This document shows positions 1 through 13,728 of a stretch of 64,000 nt of DNA, one piece after another (within the stretch, counting starts at the first letter, position 1; each line of letters opens with the position of its first letter). A model generated the notes under the pieces. The model made no database searches. It was given only the letters and a program-made list of their open reading frames with translations, and was not told the origin of the DNA. Where the stretch lies: assembly GCF_009914755.1 (NCBI RefSeq), contig NC_060939.1; one strand, written 5' to 3'. The stretch is from the human T2T-CHM13v2.0 reference genome, Homo sapiens. Made by a program: the position numbers and the translations under genes.

Positions 1-26
1 CCCTTTGGTTCTGTGATCATAGGAAA

Positions 27-64
27 GGTGTGTGTGTGTGTGTGTGTGTTTGTGTGTGTGTGTG
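27..64. repeat. (TG)n microsatellite, one interruption
   Basis: Read directly from the sequence. Confidence 0.95.
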
Positions 65-119
65 ATGGCTGAGGCAGCAGGGTGCACCCAGGAAGCTCAG
101 CAATTGTTTACCCATAATT

Positions 120-600
120 ATGTTGGTAGCAGTATTATTCATAATAGCAAAAAATGGAAGTAAACCAAATGCCTATCAACTGATGAGTGGATAAACAAAA
201 TATAGTATATCCACATGATAGGCTATTACACACCACATAAAGGAATGAAGTAACACATGCACAACATGGATGAAACCTGGAAACATACGGTAAATAAGAG
301 AAGACACACAAAAGGTCACATATTGCATGATTCCATTTACATGAAATGTCTGAAATAGGCAAATCTATAAAGAAAGAAAGTAGATTAGTGGTTTTCAGGG
401 GCTGGGTTATGGGGTGGGCAGGAGACAATGGAGAGTGACTAATAAGCACGGAATTTCTTTCTGGAATGATAAAAAGTGTTCTGAAATTAGATAATGGTGA
501 TGGTTGCATGCCTTTGTGAATAGCAATTGAAAATGTACACTTTAAAAGGGTAAGTATCATGGCATGTGAATTACATTTCAATAAAGCCATTACTTAAAAA
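120..600 (+). mobile_element. LINE-1 3' end, L1MB7/8-like
   Basis: Matches the L1MB 3' region (atggatgaaacc...gattccatttacatgaaatgtc...gtgatggttgca...tacactttaaaagggt...aataaagc). Confidence 0.85.
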
Positions 601-850
601 GGTATTATGAAAAGCTATGTGCTTACATATTTGAAAACTTAATAAATAAATACGTAAGTAAATACAAAAATGCCAAAATCAACCCTGGAAAAATATAGAG
701 AACTGGAATTAACTATTAAGTATTAAACAGATTAAAATATGATTTAAATATCTTTCTTCCCACAGAGATACTATGACCAGATGGTTTTACAGGTGAATTC
801 TACCAAACTCTCAAGAGACAGCTAATTGTAATCTTAAATAAATTTTTTGG
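601..850 (+). mobile_element. Old L1M ORF2 fragment (left half of an interrupted element)
   Basis: ccagatggttttacaggtgaattctaccaaac encodes PDGFTGEFYQ, an L1 ORF2 motif; the sequence resumes at ~5850. Confidence 0.75.
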
Positions 851-2347
851 AGAGTTCCATAATGGTGGTGTAGAAATGAGCTTAGTTCACTTCCCAGCCC
901 CCTCCTCTGCACCCAGAAAACCAAAAATAAATACACAGTACCAAGATTATCACCAGCAATATCTCAGAACTCAAATAGGAGGATGGGACAGTCTCCAGGG
1001 CTGCACAGAAGTGAAAAAACCTCAAGCCAGATGGTAAGAGAATTGAATTTTCACATCTGTGATACCTCTCCCCCTGTTCTGCCTAGTACCATGCAGAAAA
1101 TTTCTCCCCAACTCATGCTTTTTACACTGGAGAAAGTGAGATCTGGGTGGACAACTAGTTCCCCCATCATCTTGAGTTCCTTGCCAGGAGAGCAGGCGAC
1201 CTGTCCTGCCCTAATCCACAGGAAGCATCACAAGTGCCAGAAGGGGGAAATATCCCTGAGGACAGACAGAGACAAAGGGAAGGGCTGGGACTACCATCCC
1301 TCGCCCTGGAAACTCTGCTCTGTAACTCAGCCAAATAAGATGCCAAATCCATGTGGTTGTACAACACTATGCTGTATAAGGTACATTCCACAGGTGTCCT
1401 GGGCATGAACCCCTAGCCAGCCTTCTCACACTGCTAAGATATCTTCTTTGGGACCTCTTCCATTCAGGATGGGCAACACTTCAGTTGTTTACTAGAGCTG
1501 AGGCAAACCTGGGCTTAAGGTGCCTCCTAGAGCTGAAAAGGAGATAGTGACATAGCAATAAAGTAACATAGCAACAAAGCAAATATATTCAATAAAAAGC
1601 AAGCCACACAGAGAAGACTGGAATAAATAACTTTCAAGCAAATACATAGATGTCCATCTACAAGAAACAAAAGCAAACAGGGAATGATTATCTCCCCAAA
1701 TAGACAAAGCAAGTAACCAGGGACTGACCCTAACAAGATGGTGATATATAAACTCTCTGACCAAGAATTCAAGATCACAGTTTTAAGAAAACTGAGTGAT
1801 TTCCAAGATAACACAGAAAGGCAATTCAGAAACTTATCAGAGAATTTAACAAAGTGATTGAAATAATCTTTACAAACAAACAGAAATCCTAGAACTGATA
1901 AATGCATTTACAGAACTGAAAACTTCATTAGAGGCTCTCAGCAGCAGAACAGATGAAGTAGAGGAAAGAATCAACTCTAAAATACACAGTTGGAGGAGAA
2001 AAATGAAAAAAGAATGAGAAAGAATGAAGAATGCCTACAAGATATAGAAAATTACCACAGAAGATCAAACTTAAGAATTTTTGGTGTTCAAGAGGCAGCT
2101 GAGCAAGGGCAAGGGGTAAAAAGCTGATTCCAAGAAATAATAACAGAAGGCTTTCCAAAATTTGAGGACGACTTAAATGGAAGGTCAGAGAACATCAAAC
2201 AGATTTGACCCAAAAAAGACTACCCCAAAGAATATAATAATCAAACTCTCAAAGGTCAAGGACAAAGAGAGGATCCTAAAAGCAGCTAGAGAAAACATGC
2301 AAATAACATGTAAAGATGCTCCAATTCAACTGGCTACAGACTTCTCA

Positions 2348-2669
<322 letters not shown>

Positions 2670-3575
2670 ATGAAGCTATATAGGCCAGGAGGGAGTAGAA
2701 TGACATTTTCAAAGTGATGAAAAATAATTGTTATCCAAGAAGACTGTGTCCAGCAAAGTTATATTTAAAATACGATGGCGAGATAAACTCTTTCCCAGAT
2801 GAGCAAAAACTGAGAGAATTCACCATCAGACCCATCTTACAAGAAATGCTAAAGGGAGTTCTTCTATCTGAAAGAAAAAGTACTGATGTGCAAAGGAAGA
2901 CATTTGAAGGCATAAAATTAACTTGTAAAACTAAGTACACAGACAGTCCCAGAATACTCAAATGCTGTAATTGCGCTATGCAATGCATTCATAACTTTAG
3001 TATGAATCTCCAAAGACAAATCTATCAAAGACAATAATAATTACAGCAACCTGTTAAGAGATCGGTAATATAAAAATATGTAAACTGAGCCATCATAAAA
3101 TCAAAGTGTGGGGAAGATAGAATTAAAATGTATTTTTAAAAATATTTTTCTTTGTGTCTATTCTTTGTGATCTAAGAAAGGCTGTCATTTCTTTAAAACA
3201 ACTTGTTATATACATAAGATGTTTCTTGTAATACACCTCATGGTAACCACAATGCAGAAACCTATAATAGATTGACTAGAAATAAAAAGCAAATAATTGA
3301 AACATACTATGAGAAAAAAATCACTTAACAAAAGGAAGACAGTAAGAAAGTAAGAAATGGAGAGGACTTAGAAAGCAACCAGAAAACAAGCAACAAAATG
3401 GCAGTAGTAAATCCTTACTTCTAATAACTCTGAATTGAAATTGAGTCAGTTCTCCAAGTAAAAGGCATAGAGTGGCTGAATGGATAAAAATAAAAGGAGA
3501 CCCAACTATGTTCTGCCTACAAGAAACCCACTTCACCTATAAAGACACACATAGTCTAAAAGTAAAGGTATGGAA

Positions 3576-3641
3576 AAGGATATTTCTTGTAAGTGGAACC
3601 CCCCCGCCAAGGATATTTCTTGTAAGTGGAACCCCCCCTCC
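3576..3641. repeat. 33-bp tandem duplication inside L1 ORF2
   Basis: aaggatatttcttgtaagtggaaccccccc(g/t)cc occurs twice; it translates as RIFLVSGTPPP twice. Confidence 0.95.
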
Positions 3642-5353
3642 CAAAAAAAAAGCACTAGCTGTACCTATATGAGATAAAATAGACTACAAGTCAAAGGCTA
3701 TAAAAAGAGACACGGTCATTATATAATGATAAAGAGGTCAATTCAGCAAGAGGATATAACAATTATAAATATCTCCATTCATCCAACACGACAGCTCCCA
3801 AGTATATGAAGAAAATATTAATAGATCTAAAGAGAGAGGGAGGCCGCAATGCGATAATAGTAGGGGACTTTAAGACCGCCCCCCAGTAAAGAACAGATTA
3901 TTCAGACAGAAAATCGACAGAGAAGCATTGAAGTTAAACTATATACTAGAATTAGTAGGCCAAACTGACATTTATAGAACATTTCCCCCAAATGCTGCAG
4001 AATATACATTCTTTTCATAAGTACATGGAATATTCTTCAGAACAGGCAACATTTTAAGCCACAAAACAAATCTCAACACATTCAAAAAAGCAGAAATCAT
4101 ACCAATTATCTTTTCTGACCACAATGAAATAAAACTAGAAATCAATAACGAGGAATCTCAGAAACCACACGAACACATGGAAATTAAACAACATGCTCCT
4201 GCACAATGAAGAAATTAAGAAGGAAATTTAAACATGTCTCGAAACAAATAGAAATGGACATACAATATACCAAAATCTATGGGTTACAGCAAAAGCAGTA
4301 CTCAGTGGGAAGCTTGTATCAATAAATGCCTATATCAAAAAAAGTAGAAAGACTTCAAATAAAGAATTTAATGATGCACCTCAAAAAACAAGAAAAGCAA
4401 CAATAAACCAATTCAAAATTAGAGGGAAAAAGATAACTGAGCAGAAATAAATAAAATCGAGACAAATAATACAGAAGATTAATAAAACAAGAAGTTGGTT
4501 TTTTTAAAAGATAATAAACAACATTGACAAACGTGGGCTAGACTAAGGAAAAAAGAGCAAAGACCCAAATCAGAAACAAGAAAAGGAGACAGACAACTAA
4601 GACCACAGCAATACAAAGAATCATTAGACCCTATTATGAACAACTAGATGCCAACAAATTAGAAAACTCAGAAGAAATGGATAAATTACTAAAACATATA
4701 ACCTACCAAGATTGAATCATGAAGACATAAGAAAACTCAACAAACTAGTAACCAATAACAAGATTGAAGCCATAATAAAAATTCTCCCATCAAAAGCCTG
4801 GGACCTTGTGGCTTCACTGCTGACTTCTACTAAATATTTAAAAAACAACTAATGCCAATTCTACTCAAACTCTTCAAAAAAAAATTGAAGAGGAAGAAAT
4901 GCTTCCAAACTCATTATTAGTGGCCAGCATTACCCTGAAAAATACCCAAACCAGACAAGGACACAACAAGAAAAGAAAACTACAGGTCAATATCACTGAT
5001 CAACATAGATGCAAAAATCTTCAACAAAATACTAGCAAATCAAATTCAATAACACAGTAAAAAGTTCACTCTCTATGGTCAAGTGGAATTTATCCCAGGG
5101 ACAGAAGGATGGTTCAACATAGGCAAATCAATAAACATGATTCATCACGTTAACAGAACCAAGAACAAAAACCATGAATCATTTCAGGAAGTACTATAAA
5201 AGCAGTCAGTAAAATTCAGTGTCCCTTCATCAAACTGGGTATAGAAAAAACGTAGCTGAAAATAATAAAGGTCATATGTGACAAACCCACAGCTAACATC
5301 ATACTGAATGGGGAGAAATTGAAGGCCTTTCCTCTAAGACCTGGAAAGAATGA

Positions 5354-5470
<117 letters not shown>

Positions 5471-5849
5471 TAAACTGTATAATCTTGTATATTGAAAAAT
5501 CTAAAGACTATACTAAAAAACTGCTAGAACTGATAAATGAATTTGGAAAAGTTGTAGAATATAAAATCACTATTAAAAATTAGTAGCATTTGTATACACC
5601 AACATCAAGTAATCTGAAAAAGCAATCAAAAAGGCATTTTATTTACAATAGCTATGAAAAACAGAAAAGACCTAGGAATCAATTTAACCAAAGAAGTGAA
5701 ATATCTGTATCCGGAAAGTAGAACACTAATAAAAGAAATTGAAGAGGACACACAGAAACTACATTAAATAAATTGTTTAAGTTAAGATCAATTATATTAA
5801 CTAAATTGTGATAATTATATATCAAAATAATTTTAAAGGTCTGAATAAA

Positions 5850-6305
5850 AAATAACTTGTGCCAGAAAACAGACACAAAGAAAAATCTGCACCACTTATT
5901 TTATGAAGTTAATATAATATTGATTACGAAACCAGATAAAGGAAATTATAGGCATATTTCACTTATGAACATAAATGTGAAAATCAAAGCAAGAATTTTA
6001 GCTTACTAAATCAGATGTTGAATTTTGAAAAATACACTATGATTATGTAGCTTATCCAAAAACTCTGAGGCTGGTTTAACATCAGAATTCTACAAATATA
6101 AATTGTCTCATTAATAGACTAAGCAACAGAAAATGCATGATATCTCAAGCTACTAGAAAAGCCTTTATTTATTTATGATTTTTTACGGAATAACTGCTTA
6201 GAACCCAGAGTAGAAGGTGAGCTGCCTTAATAAAGGTTATTTACACACATGTAAAAACCTTGTAGCATGTGTTATCCTTAATGGAGAGACTTCAGATGCT
6301 TTTTC
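5850..6305 (+). mobile_element. Old L1M ORF2 fragment (right half, continues 601-850)
   Basis: Encodes degenerate LFYEVNIILITKPDK...ISLMNINVK and WFNIR motifs, collinear with L1 ORF2 just after the 601-850 piece. Confidence 0.75.
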
Positions 6306-6309
6306 ACAG

Positions 6310-6835
6310 TGGTGAGGCAGGAGAGAGGGGATGTCTCTGAAGAATCCCCACATTGTCCCCATGAGAACTGCTGAGACCAAAGAGCCCCACTTCTAGTCCT
6401 CCATGGTGTCAGCCGAGCAAGAACTTTCATGCTGCCTTTCCCTGCTGTCTCCCACCCTGTGATCCTAGGGGGGTTGGAAGCCACAATTAACAAGACTGGG
6501 GAGGCAGAAGCAGAGCTCAAGAACTCAAAGTCACCACCTGGGCCACTGCAGCAGCAGCCACCCGGCTCCAGGCCCAAGCTGTGAATGAACATGCAGAAGC
6601 TGAAACTGTGGACAAAGTATGAAATTCAGTTTTTTTACTGGACTGAGAATATGAATTATTGAGCTGAGACTGCTTTTATTACCTGAAAGGGACTGTAAAG
6701 CCCGTGAGACTTGTCCTAAATATGATCCAAGAGCAGAAAATAACTAGCCCCACAGAACAAATTTAAAGAAGTAGTGGGACCCCAAAATAAAGAGGCTTTG
6801 TGATTACAAAACACATGCAGTGGTTATTGTAGGTT
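6310..6835 (+). mobile_element. Ancient LTR, MamGypLTR1-like
   Basis: ctgagactgcttttattacctgaaagggact...aactagccccacagaacaaatttaaag...aaaataaag resembles the MamGypLTR1 3' portion; the 5' boundary is uncertain. Confidence 0.55.
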
Positions 6836-7010
6836 ATCATTACATCATGATTTTTCACCATAATCCTGGTAGGTGGGTATTATTGTGAGAATAATATTAA
6901 ATCCATAGAGAAACTCTTAGAGCAGTTAAGGGATTTGTACAAATTTACAGAGCAGACAAGTGGCAGAGCTAGGGATGAAGTCCTGGCTTTCTGACTCTAC
7001 AGCCTTACTT
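6836..7010 (-). mobile_element. MIR SINE
   Basis: Reverse MIR core (gagaaactc...gttaagggatttg...gtggcagagctaggg...ctgactct). Confidence 0.75.
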
Positions 7011-7504
7011 GTTAACAGAACATTTAAAACTCCAGACTTAAATGAGCAGCGTAACTCCTCTGGCTCCAAATCAGGATCCACTCTACACAGAACTCTCTTT
7101 GTAAAGTACCCCTTTGTTCCAGTGGTCTTGAGCTGAATCCCTTTTAAATTACCCCAAGCAAAACACTCCTATCCAGATTTCCACCTCTGTCTCCCACCAT
7201 TCAGTGGCTAAAACCCGCTGTCAGAACGGAGGGCAGTGAGCCTCCATTCCCTCTTGGCCTTGCAGCCTCAGGCACTCAGCCCTTTGTCGAGGGATCTATC
7301 ACACCGGTGCAGACCCAGTGTATGGGTGTCCTAAACTCCAGGGGATACAAAGCATCCAAGGTGTACACTGAAGCCCTCTCTTGGTGGGATGCAAAGAGGT
7401 AGAACTCTCCTCTACCACTACCACTCCGACTAGCAAGTTGGCAGCTACTCCAAAGAAGTCCTCCTTACCCGTCCATGCTCCATCTCCACCCTTTCAACTT
7501 CTTT

Positions 7505-7710
7505 ATGTTCTTCTTGGTTCGATATTGTATCTGGCAAACTTGCTGAACTTTCATGTTAGCTCTATTAGTATTATTCTGTTGGTTCTGTTGAGTTTTTCCA
7601 GCTATGTTATAATAGCTGCAAATAATGACATTATCTCTTCACTTCCAATCTTCTTACTTTTTTTTCCCTTTTTATACATTGGCCAGGCCCTCAATTATTA
7701 TCAACATGCT
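7505..7710 (-). mobile_element. Old L1 ORF2 fragment
   Basis: ttgtatctggcaaacttgctgaac...ctgcaaataatgac...cttccaatc...ggccaggccctcaat matches antisense L1M ORF2. Confidence 0.7.
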
Positions 7711-7849
7711 TGACTTCTTCCCAATCTTAAAGGAACTTTCTCACAGGCTTCCTGAACCCAGAGCCAGCTACACGGACGGCATACAATCTGTACAGACACA
7801 CAGTCCCCCAGCTTGGTGTCTTGCTGTCACTGTCTTGTGATCATAACAA

Positions 7850-8330
7850 TATTTGGAAAAAAAAGTCCCACATTTTCAGTGTGCATTGCGCACTGCAACT
7901 TACATAGCTGGTTCCGTCTAAACAGTCAGTGTGGTTATAAAGCAAAATCTTTAATCAAGAGTCAGCAAAGTGGAATTTCTACTGAGAGGCCTTGCCCTAA
8001 CTGGCTAGGAAAATGTGTTTTTATTGACATGCCATAGCTGTGTTTTCATTCTTCTTGCTAACTAGACTTCTATATAAATAGACTGGTTTGTCTTTTTTTT
8101 TTTTTAAGTCCATGTTAGCATAAATATGTTTTAAGTGACTTTGTGGCTGAGCCTAACACAGAATGGGCCATGAGAACTCACTTTTTCTTATTACTTCAGA
8201 AATCCAATCATTCAGATTAGCAGAAGAAGGCACCTAAGATGGTGAGCATGGAAACCATTACAAGAGACAAAGACCTCTCTGACACTTCCCAGGGAAATAG
8301 TTATTTTTCCCTTTTCTGGGAAACAAATGG
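7850..8330. promoter_or_regulatory. Candidate haematopoietic/myeloid enhancer module
   Basis: Repeat-free. Motifs: ATTGCGCACT (C/EBP-like, 7885), TGTGGTT (RUNX, 7930), GAGTCAGCA (MAF/NFE2 half-site, 7959), ACTTCC (ETS, 8284), TTCTGGGAA (STAT, 8314). Motif evidence only. Confidence 0.45.
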
Positions 8331-9069
8331 GCTTAACCAAGTACGGCTGCCGTCCCAGTCCTCAGGGCAGTCACACTAAGCTCTGTGCACCCTTTCCCTG
8401 TTCCATGTTCATAACATTCCTGTGAAAAGATGCTTCTGGTCCAGGAATTTTGCTTCCTTGAATCTATGGGAAACTGAAGAGGCACTGGCCCATTAATGGT
8501 TTCAATGAGGTAAGACAGCGCCTGCCCCAGAGGAAGTACTGAAAGTGGTCAGAACTCCTCCCCCATGAATTAGTTTCCAGGCCCTCCTTTGGAGATTGGC
8601 TGTGGGTTGTGGGCCAGCCCCTCCAGGGCTTCTCTTTACGCAAAGGAATTGAGATAGTACTGAAGTCCATTTCTTCTTGGCTGGTCAAAGCATCCCCACC
8701 TTTGGCAGAGGGCTGGAAGTTGAAGCAGCGTCTCAAATGAGAAATGAAGGAAAATAAAAACAAACAAAAGCTTCAATCAGCTGACAAGAGTCCATTTGAG
8801 ACCTCTCTTACAGAGGGGAGTCATCTCTACATCTGGCAGTTCTAGAACAAAGACTGTGTGCCTTCGAGGGGAATTGAGAATGGGGTATGCGCAGCCCAGA
8901 AACGAGCATGAGGGGATGTGGTACAAAAGGGACCCACATATCTGTGGCCTGCAGAGGGTAGAACCAGGGGCTGAGTTTCAGCTCAGTAGAGAGCAACTTT
9001 CTACCTAGGGCCCAGTTGAAGCCCAGCTATTCGTATGGTAAAAGTGTAGGCGTGTTTGGTGACATTCAG

Positions 9070-9690
9070 ACTTTTTCAGTTGAAATATAACAAATATTCA
9101 AAAAGTGCACATATAAGAGAACAGCCCTTTGAAGCTTTACAAACTCTACACACCTTTGTATCTAGCACCAAGATTGCAAGCAGCTCCCCAACAAGTCCCT
9201 GTGCTTTCTCCCAGTCAAGATCCCCTTGCAAGGTGGACCCTCATTCCAGCTTCAGGGATTCCCTGGCTTCACTCATTCTGTACTTTATAGAAATGGAGTG
9301 AGACCCTTGATCTTTGTTTTGGTCTGGCTTCCTTGGCTCACTTGCATATGTGAGATTCAGCCACATTGCTGCTGGTATCTGTAGGTGATACATTCTTGTT
9401 ATGTGAATATAGTAGTGATTATGTGTCCAGTCTACTACTGATGGGGATTTGGGTGGTTTTTGATTTGGAGCCATTATGAACACTCTGCTGTGGGTAATTG
9501 GTGAGTATATACACACTTATTTCTCTTAGTCATATACCTAGGAGTGGAATTGCTGCATCATAGGGTGTGCATACATCGAGTTTTAGTAAATACTGCCGAC
9601 AGCTTTCCAGTGTATATACCAATTTACATTCCCACCAGAAGTGTGGGAGTTCTGAGGCTTTATAACCTCCAAAATGCTTTTCACGTTTGC
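9070..9690 (-). mobile_element. LINE-1 3' end, L1ME-like
   Basis: Antisense L1 3' motifs (gatggggatttgggtgg...atatacctaggagtggaattgctg...caatttacattcccaccag). Confidence 0.85.
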
Positions 9691-10749
9691 CACATGACAT
9701 ATGCCATGTGGCCATTAGAGATACCTGCATGTCAGGTAAGCCCATGCTCCTTCTTTGCAGTCATTAACACCATGCAGGAGTGAATTCCCTTGGAGCTTTT
9801 TCTGAGAGATTTTGACAACAGTCAGGATCAGAGCAGAACAGTGCACACTTGCTGGCAGGGAAAGGAGACTGGAATGGCAGGTGGGCTGGAGGGTTGCTCT
9901 TGCCCGCCAGCACCTCAGCTATGGCCTGCAGGTTAAGCTCCTTCTGCTGTCTGGTCTGTGCCTGGCCTCAGCTGTCGCCCTGTGAGAATCACAGGTTTGG
10001 CACTTGTCCCTAAGGCTTTGCTTGGCCACTGAGCAGAGACCCAGTCCGCAACATTCTCTGGGGAGGAAGAGAGAGCAGTGTTGATGTCCCCAGTCTCCAG
10101 GGGAAGAGTGGAGCCCCCAGCCATGAAGCCCCTCATCAGCTTCTCTGTCCTGGTCCACAGCCTCATCTCCCCACAACCTACCCCCCAACTTTCTTCTCTA
10201 CTTTTCTCCAAAAGGGGAATTATTTTGCACATTTTCTTTCCAAGTCCAAAAATAGGAAAGAGAAGGGAACAGCTAATCTGGTCCAGCTGCTGGTTTTGCT
10301 ACTTAACAAAGATATTTTTTACAGTAATTTTCTCTCTGGTTTTCCCTTACATCTGCACAAGCTCCCGCCTCCTGCCTCCCACTCCCCACACATACACACC
10401 CTTTACAAAACTACTTGCTCTAGAATCCGGAGAAAGTGTTTTCCTCAGCTGCCTGTAACTAGTATCCACCCAAAAGAAGGGGCTCCACCTCCAAAGTGCC
10501 AAGCCATCAGAGCAGCATTTTCACCTCTGCCTTGCGCACATTCTGGTCGGATCATTGCTGCTTCTTATGAGTCCAGCACATCTCACCCCAAGTGATGTCC
10601 TGGCCTTCTGGCATCACAATCTCTCTTTAGGAGAACTTTGGAGGGTAGGCAGAAGTGACAAGAAGAACCCCTAAATATGCAAGTTCAGTGAAAGGCGTGC
10701 TGTAAAGTGAGTGCATTTTTTTTGTCAATTACCATATTCCAAACTAAAC

Positions 10750-10895
10750 TCATGCATTCGTTCATTTGTCCAACCTGCAGCTTCTGAGTGCCTAATTTAC
10801 ATATGGCAGGCTTGGTGCTAGAATGCTGGGGTAGATGCAGACATATCCGTGCCACCTTGCTTGCCTTGGGGAAGTTCATGCTGGAGGCTGGTGAT
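10750..10895 (-). mobile_element. L2 3' end fragment
   Basis: cattcgttcatt...gagtgcct...ggcaggcttggtgctag...gccttggggaagttca. Confidence 0.6.
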
Positions 10896-11819
10896 AAAGG
10901 GGGTTTTAGGACTTCGTGCAAAGTCTTCTGCGTAGCCGTATGATATATCGTCCAAATTGGAATCCTTCTGATGATGAAAGTTGCCTTTAACAATTATGCT
11001 GGAATGGCAGGCATGAAGTGAAACAGTCTTGAGCCAGTGGGCACAAACATCTATCTACGGGGGTAAACATGTTGCCCACATAGCCCAGGACACTGGCTTT
11101 GACTCAAGTCATTTCCAGCTGAGTTACTGTGGGAATGGAGGCACTAACTCTCCCAGGATTCCCAGGAATCCTTTTTCTGATGCAGTTCCCTATCTACAGC
11201 CAAATTCATAAATAGAAAGGAGCGAGTTCTGGTCCCAGCAATGCCTCACCCCAACTTCTCATGCCACCATCCATTGCAGATGGGTAGGAGGTGGGACCAC
11301 CCTTACTTTTCAATCTCCCTGCTCACTAAGTAACTCCGCAGCTATTTTTTTGTGGCATCTCAAGTCAAATATAGAAATTCAAAGGTCATAGATGGAATCT
11401 TTGTCCCTAAATCCTTCATGAGTCTACAATTTAAAAGGCTGTATTTTGTCCAAGAATGTGAACCGTTTTCAGTGCAATTTCTAAAACATTTTTTAGGAGG
11501 CAGTTGTAAAAATCACATTTGGCTAAGCAGTACTGAGGAGGAATCCTCATATCCAGATCCAGCTTACATTTCCCTGGAAAGCTTATGGGAAGGGATTTTC
11601 CTGAACAGCATAGAGGTGGATTATTTCATTTTTGGCTGAAGAGAATCTAGTGACAAGATCTTTCTCATTTTCAGGTTAGAGATTCCCTATGAAGCTTTCA
11701 CCTTTTTTCTCCCAGTTTCTGTTCCAGGCCTGAAAAGAGAGAAACTCAAAAAGAAAAGAAAATTGCATCGATAGGGATGTAACTAACGCAGCCAAGTTTT
11801 GAAAGCGGGCAATATACCT

Positions 11820-11915
11820 TATCTGTCTGGGTATCTCCAACTATCAGCATCACCAACACTCAACAAATGTTTGTTGAATGAAACATGAATAAATGAGTAA
11901 ATGAACAGATGAAAA
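11820..11915 (+). mobile_element. L2 3' tail fragment
   Basis: actcaacaaatgtttgttgaatgaa...gaataaatga terminal pattern. Confidence 0.65.
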
Positions 11916-12178
11916 GAAATTAGATTGTTTTGCTGGGTTTGGGAGAAGCAATAAGAGGAGTAAATCCCTTAAAAAGTGTACTTTAGATGACGTATCCAAA
12001 GCAAATAAGGAAGAGAAGTAGGTGCTGTGATTTCTTGGGTTGGTTATTGACTTTGGTGCCTCCACATGTCTCTGCAGACAGATGCGCTGGCCGGGGTGGA
12101 GGCATGGTGGTGCTGGCAGGTACGAGTTCAGGCTTCTTTGTATTATAGCATACGCAGTTGGCCATTCTGAGAGGCTCT

Positions 12179-12636
12179 TGTAGGGGGCAGCTGTTGTCTT
12201 TGCCTGCTCAGAATCCCTTCTGCCTTCTATTGCTGAGAGCTCATCAGTTTTCCCTTTGTGGATCCACCCTTCACCTGCTCACAATTCATGTGTTTCATTT
12301 GGGATTTAGCACACTTCCTGTCTAGTGGTGGTTACATGACCTAGATATGTCCAATCAAAATTACAATGATTGTTTTAAAGATGGGGGCATAACCCAGTCT
12401 GGCTCAGGAAGGGGGCAGTCCTTGCACTTTTGCTGTAACTATGGGGAAAGAGGCATAGCTGTCATTCTGCTGCAGTTGTTAATCTGAGGGAGTGTCAGCC
12501 CACCTCTGCCAGTGGCTGTAGTTGCCACTAAATGAGAAAAGCCTGAGATGAACTAATAAATTCTCTGTCTGTTTTAAGTGAGATAGGTTAGATTTGGTTG
12601 ATTTTCTCTCTCTCGTAGCTGAGAGAGTCATGACTA
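12179..12636 (+). mobile_element. MaLR solo LTR, MLT1K-like
   Basis: tgtag...ctgttgtctttgcctgctcagaatcccttc...catgacctag...ccaatca...cttttgctgtaactatggggaaagagg...aataaattc...gagagtcatgacta. Confidence 0.75.
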
Positions 12637-13007
12637 TGGCGTGTTCTCTGTACTCTGAGGACCTGAACCCACTCATGGGTTACTCTGGCCTTTGGTCAGG
12701 TAGTTTTGCCAACTCGCTATTGTCCACACTGGATGATGAATTCAGGGGCACCAAGTTTGGGGCCAAAGGGCTTCTGTCAAGGCTGTCACTTTGTGTTTGG
12801 GTTCCCTGAAAGGTCCCACTGAGCCCTTCTTGGTGTTGAGCCCATTGTCCTGTGAGCAGTGTTATCAGCATTCTAGAATGGGCGTGCTGTCCCCTGTGAG
12901 GGCTGAGTTCCAGGTTGGCCTCAGCTGCTCCAGGAATCAGTGGCTGGACTTCATTGCTGTGGGGACCCTTGAGGTGCTATCCCCATGCCTGGGCAGCTGG
13001 TCTAGAC

Positions 13008-13252
13008 CAGTGCTGCTCAAAGTGCCCAGCCACAATTATTTGTTGTTGATCTATGATGAGATAAGGAGCTTGCATCAGAAGGTATATCAATGTACTGTTG
13101 ACTTTATAAGGAAGTCTTGCTACAACAACAACAACAACAACAAACCCTTAATGAATGATTATTTTACATGATTGCACAAGCTCCTTGAGGGTCATTAAAG
13201 AAATAACTCATGGACTGGCAGTGGTCTGTAGACTGCACTTACAGTGGCACTG
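13008..13252 (+). mobile_element. Internally deleted hAT-Charlie DNA transposon
   Basis: TIRs cagtgctgctcaaagtg / cacttacagtggcactg; 8-bp TSD gtctagac/gcctagac; transposase remnant DKELASEGISMYC*LYKEVL (cf. Charlie KELAPECKSTHCFLHRE); internal (AAC)n. Confidence 0.75.
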
Positions 13253-13375
13253 GCCTAGACCTCCCAGTTCCCACAGTTATGCAGGGGAGTTGTCTTTGAC
13301 CACAGTCCAGTTCCTAAATGTCATCCTCTTCTGACAGAGGAGCCGCCTCACCTTCTGAGAATGAGGGTTCTATTG

Positions 13376-13534
13376 CAGAGGTTTTCAACCTTGACTGTAC
13401 ATTGGGATCACCTGGGAAGCTTTCAAAAGATGAATTCGGTCCGTAGGTATTTTGATTTGATTGGTCTGAGGCTTTTGGGACTTTTAGAAGTTATTCAGGT
13501 GACCGTAATGTGCAGCCAAGGTTGAGAATCACTG
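13376..13534. mobile_element. MER5A-like hAT MITE
   Basis: cagaggttttcaaccttgactgtacattgggatcacctggg...aatgtgcagccaaggttgagaatcactg. Confidence 0.8.
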
Positions 13535-13548
13535 CACTAGCTCTAGAT

Positions 13549-13728
13549 TAGTGGTGCTTCAATGTTACTGTGTGTCTTAATCATTCAGAAAGTTTGTTTG
13601 AAATATATTTCTTAGCACCGCTGCCACAGACTCTCATTCAGAAGGATCCTAGAATTTGCATTTTTCAACAAGTAGTTCAGGAAATTCTAATGTAGGTAGT
13701 TTATGAACCACAACTTTGAAGAACATTA
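13549..13728. mobile_element. MER5B-like hAT MITE
   Basis: tagtggtgcttc...cctagaatttgcattttt...actttgaagaacatta; TSD-like ctctagat/ttttagat. Confidence 0.7.

Noticed and set aside
135-590. 151-aa minus-strand ORF
   Set aside because: It lies antisense over an L1MB 3' end and has no recognisable protein features.
7215-12420. CTCF-like words (ggagggcagtg at ~7228, agggggcag at ~12182 and ~12410)
   Set aside because: They lack the 5' CCA half of the core motif, and two lie within an MLT1K LTR.
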